DNA of 64,000 bases, from NCBI GenBank assembly GCA_965197285.1, contig OZ240092.1, positions 4,869,303 through 4,933,302 of the forward strand, in the 5' to 3' direction. Position 1 is the first letter of the stretch; each line of letters opens with the position of its first letter. Below are positions 51,350-61,664 of this stretch, in pieces. The notes beneath the pieces were generated by a model. That model saw only the letters and a program-made list of their open reading frames with translations. It made no database searches and was not told the DNA's origin. Both the position numbers and the translations under genes were made by a program. Origin of the DNA: Acidobacteriota bacterium. Its GTDB lineage: Bacteria; Acidobacteriota; UBA6911; RPQK01; CBDAPI01.

Positions 51350-51509
51350 TGGTGACGGTCCCAGGCGCGTACGGATCATCACCGGCGACAGTCCGCTAGA
51401 CTCAAGAAAGTGCTCCTTCCTGCTGAAGCAGCCGTGGTTTCCATCCGAGCCTTCGGACCGACCGAGCCCTGCAAGGCTTCGGTTCCGGCCCCGGCCAGGG
51501 AGTGTTCGC

Positions 51510-53156
51510 ATGGTTGAATTCAAGTATCAGGAAATGTTCGAGCACGGCGCGGACACGACGCCTTATCGAAAGCTGACCTCCGATTACGTGTCGACCGATC
51601 GCTGGAACGGTGTCGAGGTACTCAAAGTGGACCCGGCCGCTTTATCGCTCCTTGCCGGCGCTGCCATCGACGACGTGGAGCACTTGCTGCGCCCCCATCA
51701 CCTGCAGCAGTTGAGGAACATCCTGGACGACCCGGAGGCCTCGGAGAACGACCGTTTCGTAGCCCTCGAATTTCTCAAGAACGCTAACATCGCGGCAGGG
51801 CGGATACTGCCCGGTTGCCAGGATACCGGAACAGTCATCGTACACGCCTATAAGGGTGAGAACGTCTTCACCTTCTCCCGCGATGCCGAGTCCATCTCGC
51901 GTGGTATCTACCAGGCTTTTCAGGACCGGAATCTTCGCTACTCACAGTTGGCTCCGCTGGACATGTACAGGGAAAAAAACACCGGCACGAATCTTCCCGC
52001 CCAGATCGAGATCTATGCCCGCCCGGGAGAAGATTACCGTTTCCTGTTCATTGCCAAAGGGGGAGGCTCGGCCAACAAGACCTTTCTCTATCAGGAGACC
52101 AAGGCTCTCTTGAACCCGGAGTCACTTCTCGACTTCGTGGCCGAGAAAATCCAGACGATCGGTTCAGCGGCCTGCCCTCCCTACCATCTGGCGCTGGTCG
52201 TGGGCGGGACCTCGGCGGAGTTCACCATGAAGACGGTGAAACTGGCCAGTAGCCACTATCTTGACGATCTTCCCACCGCGGGCAACGAGCAGGGACGGGC
52301 CTTCCGCGATCTCGAGCTGGAGGAGAAGATCGCCGAGTTGTGCACCCAGATCGGTATCGGAGCCCAGTTCGGTGGAAAATATTTCGCCCACGACGTGCGT
52401 GCGGTGCGCCTGCCGCGGCACGGAGCCTCCTGCCCGGTTGGAGTGGGAGTCTCCTGCTCGGCACACCGTCAGATCCTGGGCAAGATCAACCGGGAGGGGG
52501 TGTTCCTGGAGCAGCTCGAAGCGGATCCGGCCAGGTATCTGCCCGACGTGACCGAGGAGCAACTGGGCAGCGAAGCGGTCGCCGTCGATCTGAATCGACC
52601 CATGAGTGAGATCCTGGCCGAGCTCAGGAAGCACCCGATCGCCACCCGGCTGTCTCTGACCGGGTCTCTGATCGTAGCGCGCGACATTGCCCATGCCCGG
52701 CTCAAAGAGCGCCTTGACGCCGGCGGTGATCTCCCCCGCTACTTGAAGGATCACGTGATTTACTATGCGGGACCAGCCAAGAAACCTGCAGGCTACGCCT
52801 CTGGTTCTTTCGGACCGACCACGGCAGCGCGCATGGATCCCTACGTCGACCTCTTTCAGAGTCACGGCGCCAGTATGGTGATGCTGGCCAAAGGGAACCG
52901 CTCGGGACGGGTTCGCGAGGCCTGTCGCAAGCACGGGGGGTTCTACCTGGGCTCGATCGGGGGCCCGGCAGCCCGGCTGGCCGAGCACAGTATCAAGAAA
53001 GTCGACGTTGTCGAGTTCGAAGAACTCGGGATGGAAGCCATCTGGAGAATCGAAGTCGAAGACTTTCCGGCCTTCATCATCGTCAACCACGAAGGTCGAG
53101 ACTTTTTTCAGAATCTGCCGGGCAAGAGAACCAAGGCGCTGGTCCAGATGGACTAA
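51510..53156 (+). CDS. Class I (Fe-S) fumarate hydratase
   Basis: [35 protein letters not shown]. Confidence 0.96.
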   Translation: MVEFKYQEMFEHGADTTPYRKLTSDYVSTDRWNGVEVLKVDPAALSLLAGAAIDDVEHLLRPHHLQQLRNILDDPEASENDRFVALEFLKNANIAAGRILPGCQDTGTVIVHAYKGENVFTFSRDAESISRGIYQAFQDRNLRYSQLAPLDMYREKNTGTNLPAQIEIYARPGEDYRFLFIAKGGGSANKTFLYQETKALLNPESLLDFVAEKIQTIGSAACPPYHLALVVGGTSAEFTMKTVKLASSHYLDDLPTAGNEQGRAFRDLELEEKIAELCTQIGIGAQFGGKYFAHDVRAVRLPRHGASCPVGVGVSCSAHRQILGKINREGVFLEQLEADPARYLPDVTEEQLGSEAVAVDLNRPMSEILAELRKHPIATRLSLTGSLIVARDIAHARLKERLDAGGDLPRYLKDHVIYYAGPAKKPAGYASGSFGPTTAARMDPYVDLFQSHGASMVMLAKGNRSGRVREACRKHGGFYLGSIGGPAARLAEHSIKKVDVVEFEELGMEAIWRIEVEDFPAFIIVNHEGRDFFQNLPGKRTKALVQMD

Positions 53157-53175
53157 AGGGGTTGGACCGTTCGAA

Positions 53176-53727
53176 ATGGGTTCAGACAGACCGAAAGCCG
53201 CAGCGTTGCTCGCTGAACTCGTGAGGCTGGGCGCTTCTCACGTGATCGGGCTTCCGGACAACGGTTCGGCGGCCATTTTCCGGGCCGTCGAAGACTCGCC
53301 TGACGTGACGCTGCTGAGTGTGACCCGGGAAGGAGAGGCCTTTGCCGTCGCCTCCGGCCTGTGGATGGGAGGGCAACGGCCGGTGGTGCTGATCCAGAAC
53401 ACCGGGCTGCTGGAGAGCGGCGACAGCCTGCGTGGCACTGCCATGCGGATGGGGGTTCCCGTGCTCTGTCTGATCGGATATCGAGGTTACGCCAAACTGC
53501 AGGCCCTAGGGAGCCGTTCCGAGATGGAATCCGAAGCCCGCGAAGACATGATCCGCAGCGACCTCGATTCGGTTGCTTTGATCACCGAGCCGACGCTTCG
53601 TGCCTGGCGAATGCCATACGAGTTCTACAGATCCGATTCCGATCTGCCGCAGGTGGCCTCGTGCTGGGATCGGGCCCGCCGCGAAGCCCGGCCGGTGGCG
53701 ATACTGCTGGTTACGGAATTCATCTGA
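53176..53727 (+). CDS. ThDP-dependent decarboxylase alpha subunit (ComD / phosphonopyruvate decarboxylase-like)
   Basis: LPD, VTREGEAFAVASG, IQNTG, IGYRG. Confidence 0.8.
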   Translation: MGSDRPKAAALLAELVRLGASHVIGLPDNGSAAIFRAVEDSPDVTLLSVTREGEAFAVASGLWMGGQRPVVLIQNTGLLESGDSLRGTAMRMGVPVLCLIGYRGYAKLQALGSRSEMESEAREDMIRSDLDSVALITEPTLRAWRMPYEFYRSDSDLPQVASCWDRARREARPVAILLVTEFI

Positions 53728-53733
53728 TCGATC

Positions 53734-54324
53734 ATGCTGACCAAGGACGAATTACTGGTACCGCTGGCCGAGTTGAGAAGAGAGGAGATCGTCGTCACCA
53801 CCATGGCGGCCGTGCGACCCTGGGGCCGGATCTCCAGTCACGAACTCGACTTTGCCTCGGCCGATAGCGCGATGGGCCACGCGGCCGACCTGGGCCTGGG
53901 CCTGGCCCTGGCCCAGCCCGCGCGCAAGGTGATCTGCCTCAACGGCGACGGGAGTATGCTTATGGGTCTCGGGACGCTCACGACGATCATAGAGTCCGGA
54001 GTCTCGAACCTGATCCTGTTCGTCCTGGTCAACGGGACGTACGAGATTACCGGAAATCAGAGAATCCCTGCGCGCGGAAGTGTGGATTGGTGTGGATTGG
54101 CGGGCTCATCCGGTTTCAAGCGCATCTTCAGATGTAATGATCCAAATGACTATAAACAAGAACTTTCTACAATCCTTAGGGGAGGAGGTCCGGCCTTTGT
54201 TGAGGTCCAGATCGAGCCGGGCCGTGAGGGCCCGATCAGCAGGAGCGAGAAGGAAGAGGCGCCCTACCTGCAGGTCTCGCTGGCCGAATCGGCTCGCCGA
54301 TTGAAGAAAGCCCTGCAAGGGTAG
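53734..54324 (+). CDS. ThDP-dependent decarboxylase beta subunit (ComE-like)
   Basis: AMG...LGLGLALA, GDGS...N ThDP motif, TGNQ. Confidence 0.82.
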   Translation: MLTKDELLVPLAELRREEIVVTTMAAVRPWGRISSHELDFASADSAMGHAADLGLGLALAQPARKVICLNGDGSMLMGLGTLTTIIESGVSNLILFVLVNGTYEITGNQRIPARGSVDWCGLAGSSGFKRIFRCNDPNDYKQELSTILRGGGPAFVEVQIEPGREGPISRSEKEEAPYLQVSLAESARRLKKALQG

Positions 54325-54347
54325 ATCCCTGCCCTTGGTCGTCGATT

Positions 54348-55331
54348 TCACCGCTGGAATTCCTGCCTCTGCGGTGGCCTCGATGGGGGCGGTTGCGGTT
54401 TTTCGATCGGATCGACGATGAAGAAACCGTCGTCTCCCTGGGCCTGGTAGAGGGGCATGAAGATCCTTCCGGGGCGGGGTGAGCGGATCTCGCCGGTGCG
54501 GTCGTGGGCCAGGAGCCGGTTCTCCTGGATGGGTTGAAAGTTGGTGAAGCCGGGCTCCATCCGGAACTCGTCACCGGGCTGAACCGGGTGCCGGTAGCGC
54601 ACCTGGTGGGCCCCGGGGAGGTGCCGGCATGACCCCTCCAGCAACGCTATCGACTGCTCGAATCGGGGGCAGTCCTGTTCGTTCAGAATCCCGGTGAAGA
54701 CGATGGCCAGACGAAGAATAGCCAGGTGACAGCGGACGGCTTCCTTGGATCCATGCCGACCTCCTTCGAACCCCAGCGCGGGAATTCCTCTCGAGTCGAA
54801 ATGGCTCACCAGCGTCCCGTCGATCTCATCTTGAAGCCCAAACACCATCGTAACGGGAAAGAGGGCACCCAGACTTTGCCCGGACGGCTGGTTATCCACG
54901 ATCGAAAAGGGTGCACTCGGGCTTGAAGTCGTGTGCAGGTCAAGCAGGTAGCACCGGTCACCTCCTGCTGTGCTCACCAGGGGCTCGATGATCTGCAACA
55001 GTCGGAGCTGCTCTCGAGACTCGCCCTCGAGTTGTTCAGGATCGGGCTGCGAACGCACCCAGTCGACCTGCTCTGTGGTCCAGAGCCGATTCAGATCCCT
55101 GACAACCCAGCGCACCCCGCTCTCCAGGGCCTGGCAGTTGCCCCTCAGACCGATCAGCTGTCCTCGTGGCTTCCTGTCGCTCCTTTTTAGCTCACCCAGC
55201 AGCCGGGTCAGAGCGACGACTCCGCCTGGCTCGTTGCCGTGGACGCCGCCGATTACGACGAGTGTGGGTCCGCGGCCCGGTACTCCCCAGGAGCCCACCA
55301 CATGTGGGTTTCGGTTTTCGCTCCAACTCAT
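54348..55331 (-). CDS. Succinylglutamate desuccinylase/aspartoacylase family (M14-like) hydrolase
   Basis: GGVHGNE, DLNR, LDLHT, FEGG. Confidence 0.88.
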   Translation of the reverse strand: MSWSENRNPHVVGSWGVPGRGPTLVVIGGVHGNEPGGVVALTRLLGELKRSDRKPRGQLIGLRGNCQALESGVRWVVRDLNRLWTTEQVDWVRSQPDPEQLEGESREQLRLLQIIEPLVSTAGGDRCYLLDLHTTSSPSAPFSIVDNQPSGQSLGALFPVTMVFGLQDEIDGTLVSHFDSRGIPALGFEGGRHGSKEAVRCHLAILRLAIVFTGILNEQDCPRFEQSIALLEGSCRHLPGAHQVRYRHPVQPGDEFRMEPGFTNFQPIQENRLLAHDRTGEIRSPRPGRIFMPLYQAQGDDGFFIVDPIEKPQPPPSRPPQRQEFQR

Positions 55332-55687
55332 GGGTTATTGTGCATCAGCTCTTCGAGCCCTCCGTACGGGCCCTGTCCGGGCAACCTTCGGGCCCTCGAT
55401 TCGAGCCGGAGCCGGGCGCGAATCGCAAGATCATAGCATCCCGATGGATCCGCACAAAGGCAGTCGCGGGCCGGGCAGGGAACATTTCCCTGGTCCGGGG
55501 CACAATTCCCTACTAACGGCGACGCCATGCATCGGATGGATGTCCCTAAGTAGCTGAGTGCAAACCATTTAGAGGACTCTTCCAGAGAATTGGAACGGGA
55601 ATTGCTCTAAAGCAGTTACGAATGGCCTGGCGATCGTCGCCGTGCCGCAAGACCTGAGCTTGAAGCGAGATCAAGGAGGAACCAAGA

Positions 55688-56662
55688 ATGAACAAGAACT
55701 CCCGCAAGTCAATGCTGCTTCTCTTCACACTGATCCTGATGACGTGCTTTTCTCTGCTGGAGGCAGGGAAGAAGGTCAGGCTCGAGGGTGTAATACTCTC
55801 CAGCACCGAGCAGGGAATGATCGTAGACAATCTCAGGGGTCACCAGTTCGTCGTGCGCGTTCAGCCGGACACCGAGATCAAGGAGCAGACCAGGAACTTC
55901 CTTCGCGATGCCCGTGTGTATCGACCCTCTGATCTGGTTCGAGGTTTGCGGGTCCAGGTTCGGGGTCGCCGGGACGGATCGGGGGTGCTGACGGCCAAGT
56001 CGATACGGATGAAGCACATCGATCTCAAGGTCGCCTCCACAGTCGAGGCAAGGGCATCCGAACTGGACGCTCAACTGGGAGGAATGGAGAAGAACATGGT
56101 CCGGCTGGGAGGCCAGGTGGAGGAACTCACGAGTACCTCTACTCGAATTCGCAAAGATGCCCGGGACACGCAACAGAGCCTGGGTCACGTCATGAACGAC
56201 CTCGAGGAGACCAGGCACCAGGTGAATGAGAATGTCCGGAAGGTAGGGTATCTGGAGGGTCAGCTCTCTAGTCTCGACGACTATCGCCTGGTCGATTCCA
56301 TGACGGTCCGGTTTGGGGGGGGCAGCGCGGAGTTGGACGAAGAGGCCGAACAGCAGCTCGATCAGCTCGTCGTCTCGACGACGGACACCCGTCTGGGAGT
56401 TCTCTTCCAGGTGACCGGGTTCGCCTCTGCCGATGGCCCCACCGACTTCAATCGTCACCTCAGCCGCCGCCGTGCCGAGGCCGTGATCCAATACCTGGCC
56501 GAAGTGCACTCGGTCCCCCTGCGGCGGTTTGTGAGACCCCACGGATTTGGTGAGCTCATGGCCGTGGCCGATAACTCGACGCGCGAAGGGCGCCGGGCCA
56601 ATCGGCGGGCCGAAATCAAAGTGCTGCTCAACAGCGCGATTGCCGAACTGGCATTGAACTAG
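55688..56662 (+). CDS. OmpA-family protein with N-terminal DUF5666-like domain and coiled coil
   Basis: Signal peptide; GFAS.DG...N..LSRRRAEAV...NRRAEI; AGGAGG RBS. Confidence 0.88.
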   Translation: MNKNSRKSMLLLFTLILMTCFSLLEAGKKVRLEGVILSSTEQGMIVDNLRGHQFVVRVQPDTEIKEQTRNFLRDARVYRPSDLVRGLRVQVRGRRDGSGVLTAKSIRMKHIDLKVASTVEARASELDAQLGGMEKNMVRLGGQVEELTSTSTRIRKDARDTQQSLGHVMNDLEETRHQVNENVRKVGYLEGQLSSLDDYRLVDSMTVRFGGGSAELDEEAEQQLDQLVVSTTDTRLGVLFQVTGFASADGPTDFNRHLSRRRAEAVIQYLAEVHSVPLRRFVRPHGFGELMAVADNSTREGRRANRRAEIKVLLNSAIAELALN

Positions 56663-56794
56663 CCGGCGGCTTGTCGCCGCCGCCTACCCGGAGGCTCGCT
56701 GCACCTATCCGGCTGCCAGGTGCGGCGGGCCTCTTTTGTGCGTGCCGCGTTTCACGAGCCTTGGGGCATCAACGTTGCAAGGTGTGACCGAATC

Positions 56795-57012
56795 TCTGTC
56801 GCCCCTCCAGGGCTCTGAAATTGGTGGCGATGCGCTCCGTGGGCTGGCCGCCCACGGCTATTCTCTTTCGGCCGCTCTGCGGCCTGATACAGCTGCCTTC
56901 GGCCGCTCCGCGGCTGGTCCACAGCCCCGGAGGGGCGCAAGACAATAGCCGGGGCCGGAAGGCCCCGGTGAGGACGCCGTCGCATGGATCAGCCCCCAGA
57001 GGGGGCGGCAGA
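56795..57012. repeat. Palindromic REPIN/MITE-like intergenic repeat
   Basis: Outer arms TCTGTCGCCCCTCCAGGGCT / AGCCCCCAGAGGGGGCGGCAGA with inner hairpins (GCCCCGGAGGGGC, CCGGGGCC-ggaa-GGCCCCGG), between convergent genes. Confidence 0.7.
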
Positions 57013-57042
57013 AAAAGGCGATACGCTTCCGCTCGTCAACCT

Positions 57043-57435
57043 TCAATCTTCTGGAGCCGGGGTGACGATGATGCGGCCGCGGCGGTTGCAGTAGGGGCAG
57101 TTGAACTGGACGACGTTGTCGCTGAACTCGGCCCAGGTCACATAGCAGTCATCATAGGGGCAGCGGATCGTCTCCTCCAGCAGGTAACGTTCTGCGAAGT
57201 AATCGAGGTGGAGTGTTTTCCAGTCTCGGACCGGCTGGGGCTGAACCCATGTGGAGAGTGCCTGGCAACCCGAACAGTCGATCTGAAGCTGGAGGCCGAA
57301 GCCGGCCACCGAACGGGACTCGATCTCGAGGTCTTCTCCGCAGTCCGGACAGATCGGGCACTCTCCCGCTCCGCCGGGTCCAAAGTACTCCCGTACGATC
57401 TGATCCAGTTGATTCGGAGTCAAGGTGGTTCCCAT
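57043..57435 (-). CDS. Small Cys-rich double zinc-ribbon-like protein
   Basis: CPDC, CSGC, CPYDDC and CPYC motifs. Confidence 0.65.
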   Translation of the reverse strand: MGTTLTPNQLDQIVREYFGPGGAGECPICPDCGEDLEIESRSVAGFGLQLQIDCSGCQALSTWVQPQPVRDWKTLHLDYFAERYLLEETIRCPYDDCYVTWAEFSDNVVQFNCPYCNRRGRIIVTPAPED

Positions 57436-57469
57436 CCTGCTTCCTAATGCGGCCGGCGCAGGAACCAGC

Positions 57470-59647
57470 TTACCAGGCGATGGGGGCAACGCGATCGAGG
57501 GCAGACAGTACAGTCTGGCCGTTGCCGGCCAGGTCGAAGCCGGTCTCTTCCTTCACTGTCGCCGAGACGAGTTCCCGCTGAGTCTCCGGGAGCCTTCCCC
57601 GCAGGAATGCCCAGTGGCAGATGAAAAGTTCCACGGCTTCAGGCCGTCGACCACTTTCGTGCAGGAGCATCCCCTGGTGATAGAAGCGGTGGATGTAGGC
57701 GGGAAGACTTTCTTTGATCTTGCCCTCCAGTGAATCCAGAACTTCTCTCTGGGCCCTGGCCAGCATTTGCTCGGGAGACGGCAGCCGAACCGGCTCGTTC
57801 TGGATCAGGGACGTGTCTGATTCCCGCACTCCCTCGAGCTGGTTGGCTTCTTTGACCTCGGAAAAGACGATTTCCCGGCTCTCGATCCGGCTCTTGGTGA
57901 AGAAGTCACGCAGGGTCATGAGAAGCTCAACGCGCGTCTGTTGCCGGTGGTTGATTTTCAGATAGGTGTAACCGGCCACCCTGGGCACCTGCTTCGTCTG
58001 CGGGATCATCGCCAGAGCCATTTCAGCCACATCTCGCTGGCGCGTCAGTGCAGCGATCTTCTTGTCACCCTTCGTATGCTCCAGCCTGGTGACAATCTCT
58101 TCGAACTCCGACCTCTTGGCTTCGTATTCAGGATTAGGTATCTCCTGCGTGCCCGCAATGAACTGCGACGGAACGCGCTCGGGTGTCTCGGATGACCAGC
58201 GTTCAGAGAGATGCTTTCGAACTCCGACGGTGAGGAGCGCCGTTCGCGACTTTCCGTCGGGCCTGAAGTCCTGAAACTCGGGATCCTCGTCAGGGGACCC
58301 CCGGTAGCCCTCTCTGGACCTGATCCGTAAGTCGGGCAACCCCAGGCTTTCGGACACGTGCTGGAGGCGGGCGGATACCGCATCGGAGAAGGTCCGCGGC
58401 GCACCTGTCAGGTCCTCGACCGAGAGGACCAGCTGCGAGGCCCGCTTACGATTGAAGAGGCTCCCGGCGTCCTTCACCTGGGACGGCAGAACGATCGCCG
58501 GACCCAGTCTCGACTGGGCATTGAGCAGCAGCACGAAGGCCGTTGCGATAAACGTCGGGTCACCGAACTCGGTCAGGCTCATGGCCTTCTGCAGCGAGAA
58601 CGAGCCGAGTCTCTCTGCAGCGTCGCGCTGCCGTGCTGAGAGAATGGGATGCTCGGGGTTCAGACTCCTGATCATGTCCAGGGCGTTCACCGTGTCTCTG
58701 GCCTGGGTAAAGCTGTCGTGAAGGCGCGAGAAGGACTCCACGCTGGACGCAAGATGGTCCACCCACTGGCTTGCAATACTTTCTTTGATCGGCTCCAGGT
58801 CCCCGCCTTCCGGATAGCCGTCGAGTGCGATGCCAATGGTATCCATTGCTGCTTTGAAGGCTCCCTGTGCCGCCTGATCCTCAGCCTTTGCAGCGAGTTC
58901 ATAAGATCGCCGCCCCCGCTCGGCGCGACTCTCGGCCGCTGCGATACGCGGGTCGTCCGCGTTCAGCTGGAGTGCACGCCGAAAAAGATCCTCAGCGCTG
59001 TCCCAATTCTTGAAATCAAGCAGGGTGAGGCCATCCCGCAGCAGAGAATTCGCGTAGGTCGTCTCGATGCGAAGAATCTCTTCGTCCAAAGACGGCAGAT
59101 AGGCGGAATACGGAGCCATGGAACGCAGCTTCTCCAGGGCCTCCTCTTCGCTTCCCGCTTCAGCCTTGGCTACGGCCGAGGAGAAGCTTCGCTCCAGAGT
59201 CGAGTGCTTTTCTCGCAAGAGCGACTCGAGTTGATCTACTTTCTGGGTCGAGGAAAACTGCTGCGCAGACTGCAGCTTCTCGGCACAAGCGGCGAGGTCC
59301 ATGGCATTGCAGCTTCTCAACCCCAGAGCCGCTTCCCGATCGGCCAGGTCGCGGCCCAGCTGAAGCCGCAGAGGCGTGTACTTCTTATGTGGTTTGGGCT
59401 TGTCCCGCCCCGAGTCTCTTTTTTGCAGGGCCAGTCCCAAAGCCTCGTAAGCCCGCTTGAGTTTGCCCGCCGCCTGCGCCTTCTCGGCTTCTTCATAGAG
59501 TTTTTTTTCAGACAGACTGGACAGCTCGCCCAAGTCCTGTGCCGGACCTGTTTCTTCAAGTCCCGCCCACAGCAGGACGGGAATGAGCCCTCGGATGAAG
59601 ATCCGGGACCTCAGAAGCTGGCTCACGTTTACCTGCCGGTATTTCAT
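57470..59647 (-). CDS. Large secreted TPR-like protein
   Basis: Leader peptide and helical repeats; start chosen at MKYRQ (ORF track starts at 59713). Confidence 0.7.
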   Translation of the reverse strand: MKYRQVNVSQLLRSRIFIRGLIPVLLWAGLEETGPAQDLGELSSLSEKKLYEEAEKAQAAGKLKRAYEALGLALQKRDSGRDKPKPHKKYTPLRLQLGRDLADREAALGLRSCNAMDLAACAEKLQSAQQFSSTQKVDQLESLLREKHSTLERSFSSAVAKAEAGSEEEALEKLRSMAPYSAYLPSLDEEILRIETTYANSLLRDGLTLLDFKNWDSAEDLFRRALQLNADDPRIAAAESRAERGRRSYELAAKAEDQAAQGAFKAAMDTIGIALDGYPEGGDLEPIKESIASQWVDHLASSVESFSRLHDSFTQARDTVNALDMIRSLNPEHPILSARQRDAAERLGSFSLQKAMSLTEFGDPTFIATAFVLLLNAQSRLGPAIVLPSQVKDAGSLFNRKRASQLVLSVEDLTGAPRTFSDAVSARLQHVSESLGLPDLRIRSREGYRGSPDEDPEFQDFRPDGKSRTALLTVGVRKHLSERWSSETPERVPSQFIAGTQEIPNPEYEAKRSEFEEIVTRLEHTKGDKKIAALTRQRDVAEMALAMIPQTKQVPRVAGYTYLKINHRQQTRVELLMTLRDFFTKSRIESREIVFSEVKEANQLEGVRESDTSLIQNEPVRLPSPEQMLARAQREVLDSLEGKIKESLPAYIHRFYHQGMLLHESGRRPEAVELFICHWAFLRGRLPETQRELVSATVKEETGFDLAGNGQTVLSALDRVAPIAW

Positions 59648-59657
59648 TCTCGAGTCG

Positions 59658-60989
59658 CTATTTGTTCTCGGAAAGAGCCTGGGAAAACAGAGCACGGATC
59701 CGCGGCGAGACACTCTCCAGGGGTGGGGTAAAGTCCCGGTCGATGTGGTGGCTTGTCCTGAAGTGTTCTGCGGCAGTTTCCAGAGAGTGAACGGGGGCGC
59801 GTTGTGACATCAGTGTCGCGGAAGCGACAGAAGCGCCCAGGTAAAAGTAGGCGAAAGATGCAAACGGAGGTCGGGGCTTCTCCTCCAGGTAGCCTTTTAG
59901 CTGAGCGATGGATTCTGAGTACTCGCCCGAGTAGAAGCTCTGGACGGCAAGTCTGAGCAGGGTCTGCTGTCGCTGCCTTTCGATGAACTCCTGGAGCTCT
60001 ATCAGGAGAGGGCCGGAGCTCTGCAGGGAAAGGGCCTCCTCCACTTTGAGCCTTGCCTTGGCAGATTGGCCGGAATCAAGGAGTTCCCGTGCTTCATGGG
60101 AGAGGCCGGCCACTTTAATGGTTCGGAGCAGTTCCATGAGATGGGGATCCGAGCCCGCAAGCGAGATCGCCTCCTCAATCTTTTCACGGGCTCCTGCAAA
60201 GTTTTTGGCATCCAGAAGGCCACGGGCCTGCATGGAAAGACGTCTGGCCGTTTCGAGATTCGCCTGCTCTTGCAGACGGGTCTCGACTTTTGCGAGCAGG
60301 GCGTGGGCTTTGGGGTGATCCGGGCTGGTCTCGAGAACTTCCTGTAAACGACTCTTCGCGCCTGCCGCATCACCCTGTTCAAGAAGCCTGACTGCCGCAG
60401 TGTAGTGGAGAGCATCGGTTCTTGACTGGATGGTCTGGATCTGCAACTCCACGGCTCTTCGTCGGACCTGCACTTCCGTCGCATGCGGATGCCTCTCGAG
60501 GAGGCTGTCTAGAAGCCGGCGAGCTTCTCTCCAGTTCTTCCCTGCAATCAGTTCATCCGCGCGATCCAGGTCTCGCTGAAACTGCTCGGAGTCGAGATTG
60601 CAACCGGCTCGCTGTGCCGCCGCTTGCAGGTTGGGGAAATCGGGTGCAACGACCAGGATCTCATGAAGTAACCGGCAAGCTTCTTCGGATCTGTGCCTTT
60701 GGATCAACACCTGGGCCCGCTGCCAGAGACGGTCGTGGTTTCGCCGGCTCCTGACTCTGGTCAGTAACCGGGCCGCCTCTTCTCCCAGTTCTTCGGGACA
60801 CTCGACAATCGACCCCGCCAATGTCTCTGCCTGGCTCAGGTCGCTGGCCCGAAAAGCACGCCGAGCCTGCTCCAGGACTCCTGTACCGCACTCATCATCA
60901 GCGGTCCTGCCCGATTGCAACGGCATCGCCATACTGATGGACAATGCCACGATCAGAACCATTGTTTCCATCGCTTGTTCCTTGAACAT
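59658..60989 (-). CDS. Secreted tetratricopeptide-repeat protein
   Basis: Signal peptide; repeats such as LETSPDHPKAHALL; alternative start at 60971. Confidence 0.75.
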   Translation of the reverse strand: MFKEQAMETMVLIVALSISMAMPLQSGRTADDECGTGVLEQARRAFRASDLSQAETLAGSIVECPEELGEEAARLLTRVRSRRNHDRLWQRAQVLIQRHRSEEACRLLHEILVVAPDFPNLQAAAQRAGCNLDSEQFQRDLDRADELIAGKNWREARRLLDSLLERHPHATEVQVRRRAVELQIQTIQSRTDALHYTAAVRLLEQGDAAGAKSRLQEVLETSPDHPKAHALLAKVETRLQEQANLETARRLSMQARGLLDAKNFAGAREKIEEAISLAGSDPHLMELLRTIKVAGLSHEARELLDSGQSAKARLKVEEALSLQSSGPLLIELQEFIERQRQQTLLRLAVQSFYSGEYSESIAQLKGYLEEKPRPPFASFAYFYLGASVASATLMSQRAPVHSLETAAEHFRTSHHIDRDFTPPLESVSPRIRALFSQALSENK

Positions 60990-60992
60990 CAG

Positions 60993-61463
60993 CTAGCGCT
61001 CGGCTCCAGTTCCCAGAAAGCGTCCGACCAGGGCTTCGACATCTTCGCGGTTCCAGAATTCGTGCCGAATCCTGGGGATCCGGTCGGGGCCCACAAGTAC
61101 CGACTTCGTGATGGTGCGCGATCCGTAAGTGAACTGGAACGAATAATCTCCGGGGAGGAGGGGTGCGACAAGAGGAGTGTCGTCGCTCAGGACGAGGACT
61201 TCATCGGCATCCAGAACCCTGACATTGGCAAAAGGTGATGCATCCACCGTGACGGGAACCGGGATGGGCTGACCCGTCAACATATTCAGGGCGAGTCCTA
61301 CCAGAAAGATCATGGCTGAGGCGAGCAGAACGAGCGACGTAATGCGGCTGTTGGCAAGCTGGAAGTCGCGGTGTGGATTGAACTGCCCCAGCGTTACACT
61401 GCCTTTCTCCTGCTGCAGGTACGCCAGCAGCCGAAAAAGGAGCTCCCGATCGATGACTCTCAT
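60993..61463 (-). CDS. Hypothetical single-pass membrane protein with PEGA-like beta domain
   Basis: GGAGG RBS before ATG 61463; TM helix then VTVDASPFANV...TPL...LLPGDY. Confidence 0.6.
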   Translation of the reverse strand: MRVIDRELLFRLLAYLQQEKGSVTLGQFNPHRDFQLANSRITSLVLLASAMIFLVGLALNMLTGQPIPVPVTVDASPFANVRVLDADEVLVLSDDTPLVAPLLPGDYSFQFTYGSRTITKSVLVGPDRIPRIRHEFWNREDVEALVGRFLGTGAER

Positions 61464-61664
61464 TCCCTCCACCCGCGAACGTTGGTTGATCTCCGGCATC
61501 GTTGCCATCTGGCGGCACTGTCCGGTGAATCGGTCGCCCATTATCGGAGGTTTGCAGGAATCCCGGGGTGATCGAGGCCACATTCAAAAAGCGTATTGTG
61601 AGGTGCGCGGCGCTTTGCTTTCTTGTCCCGCACCTCCGCCGGCGGCTCTGATTCCCCGACGTGA

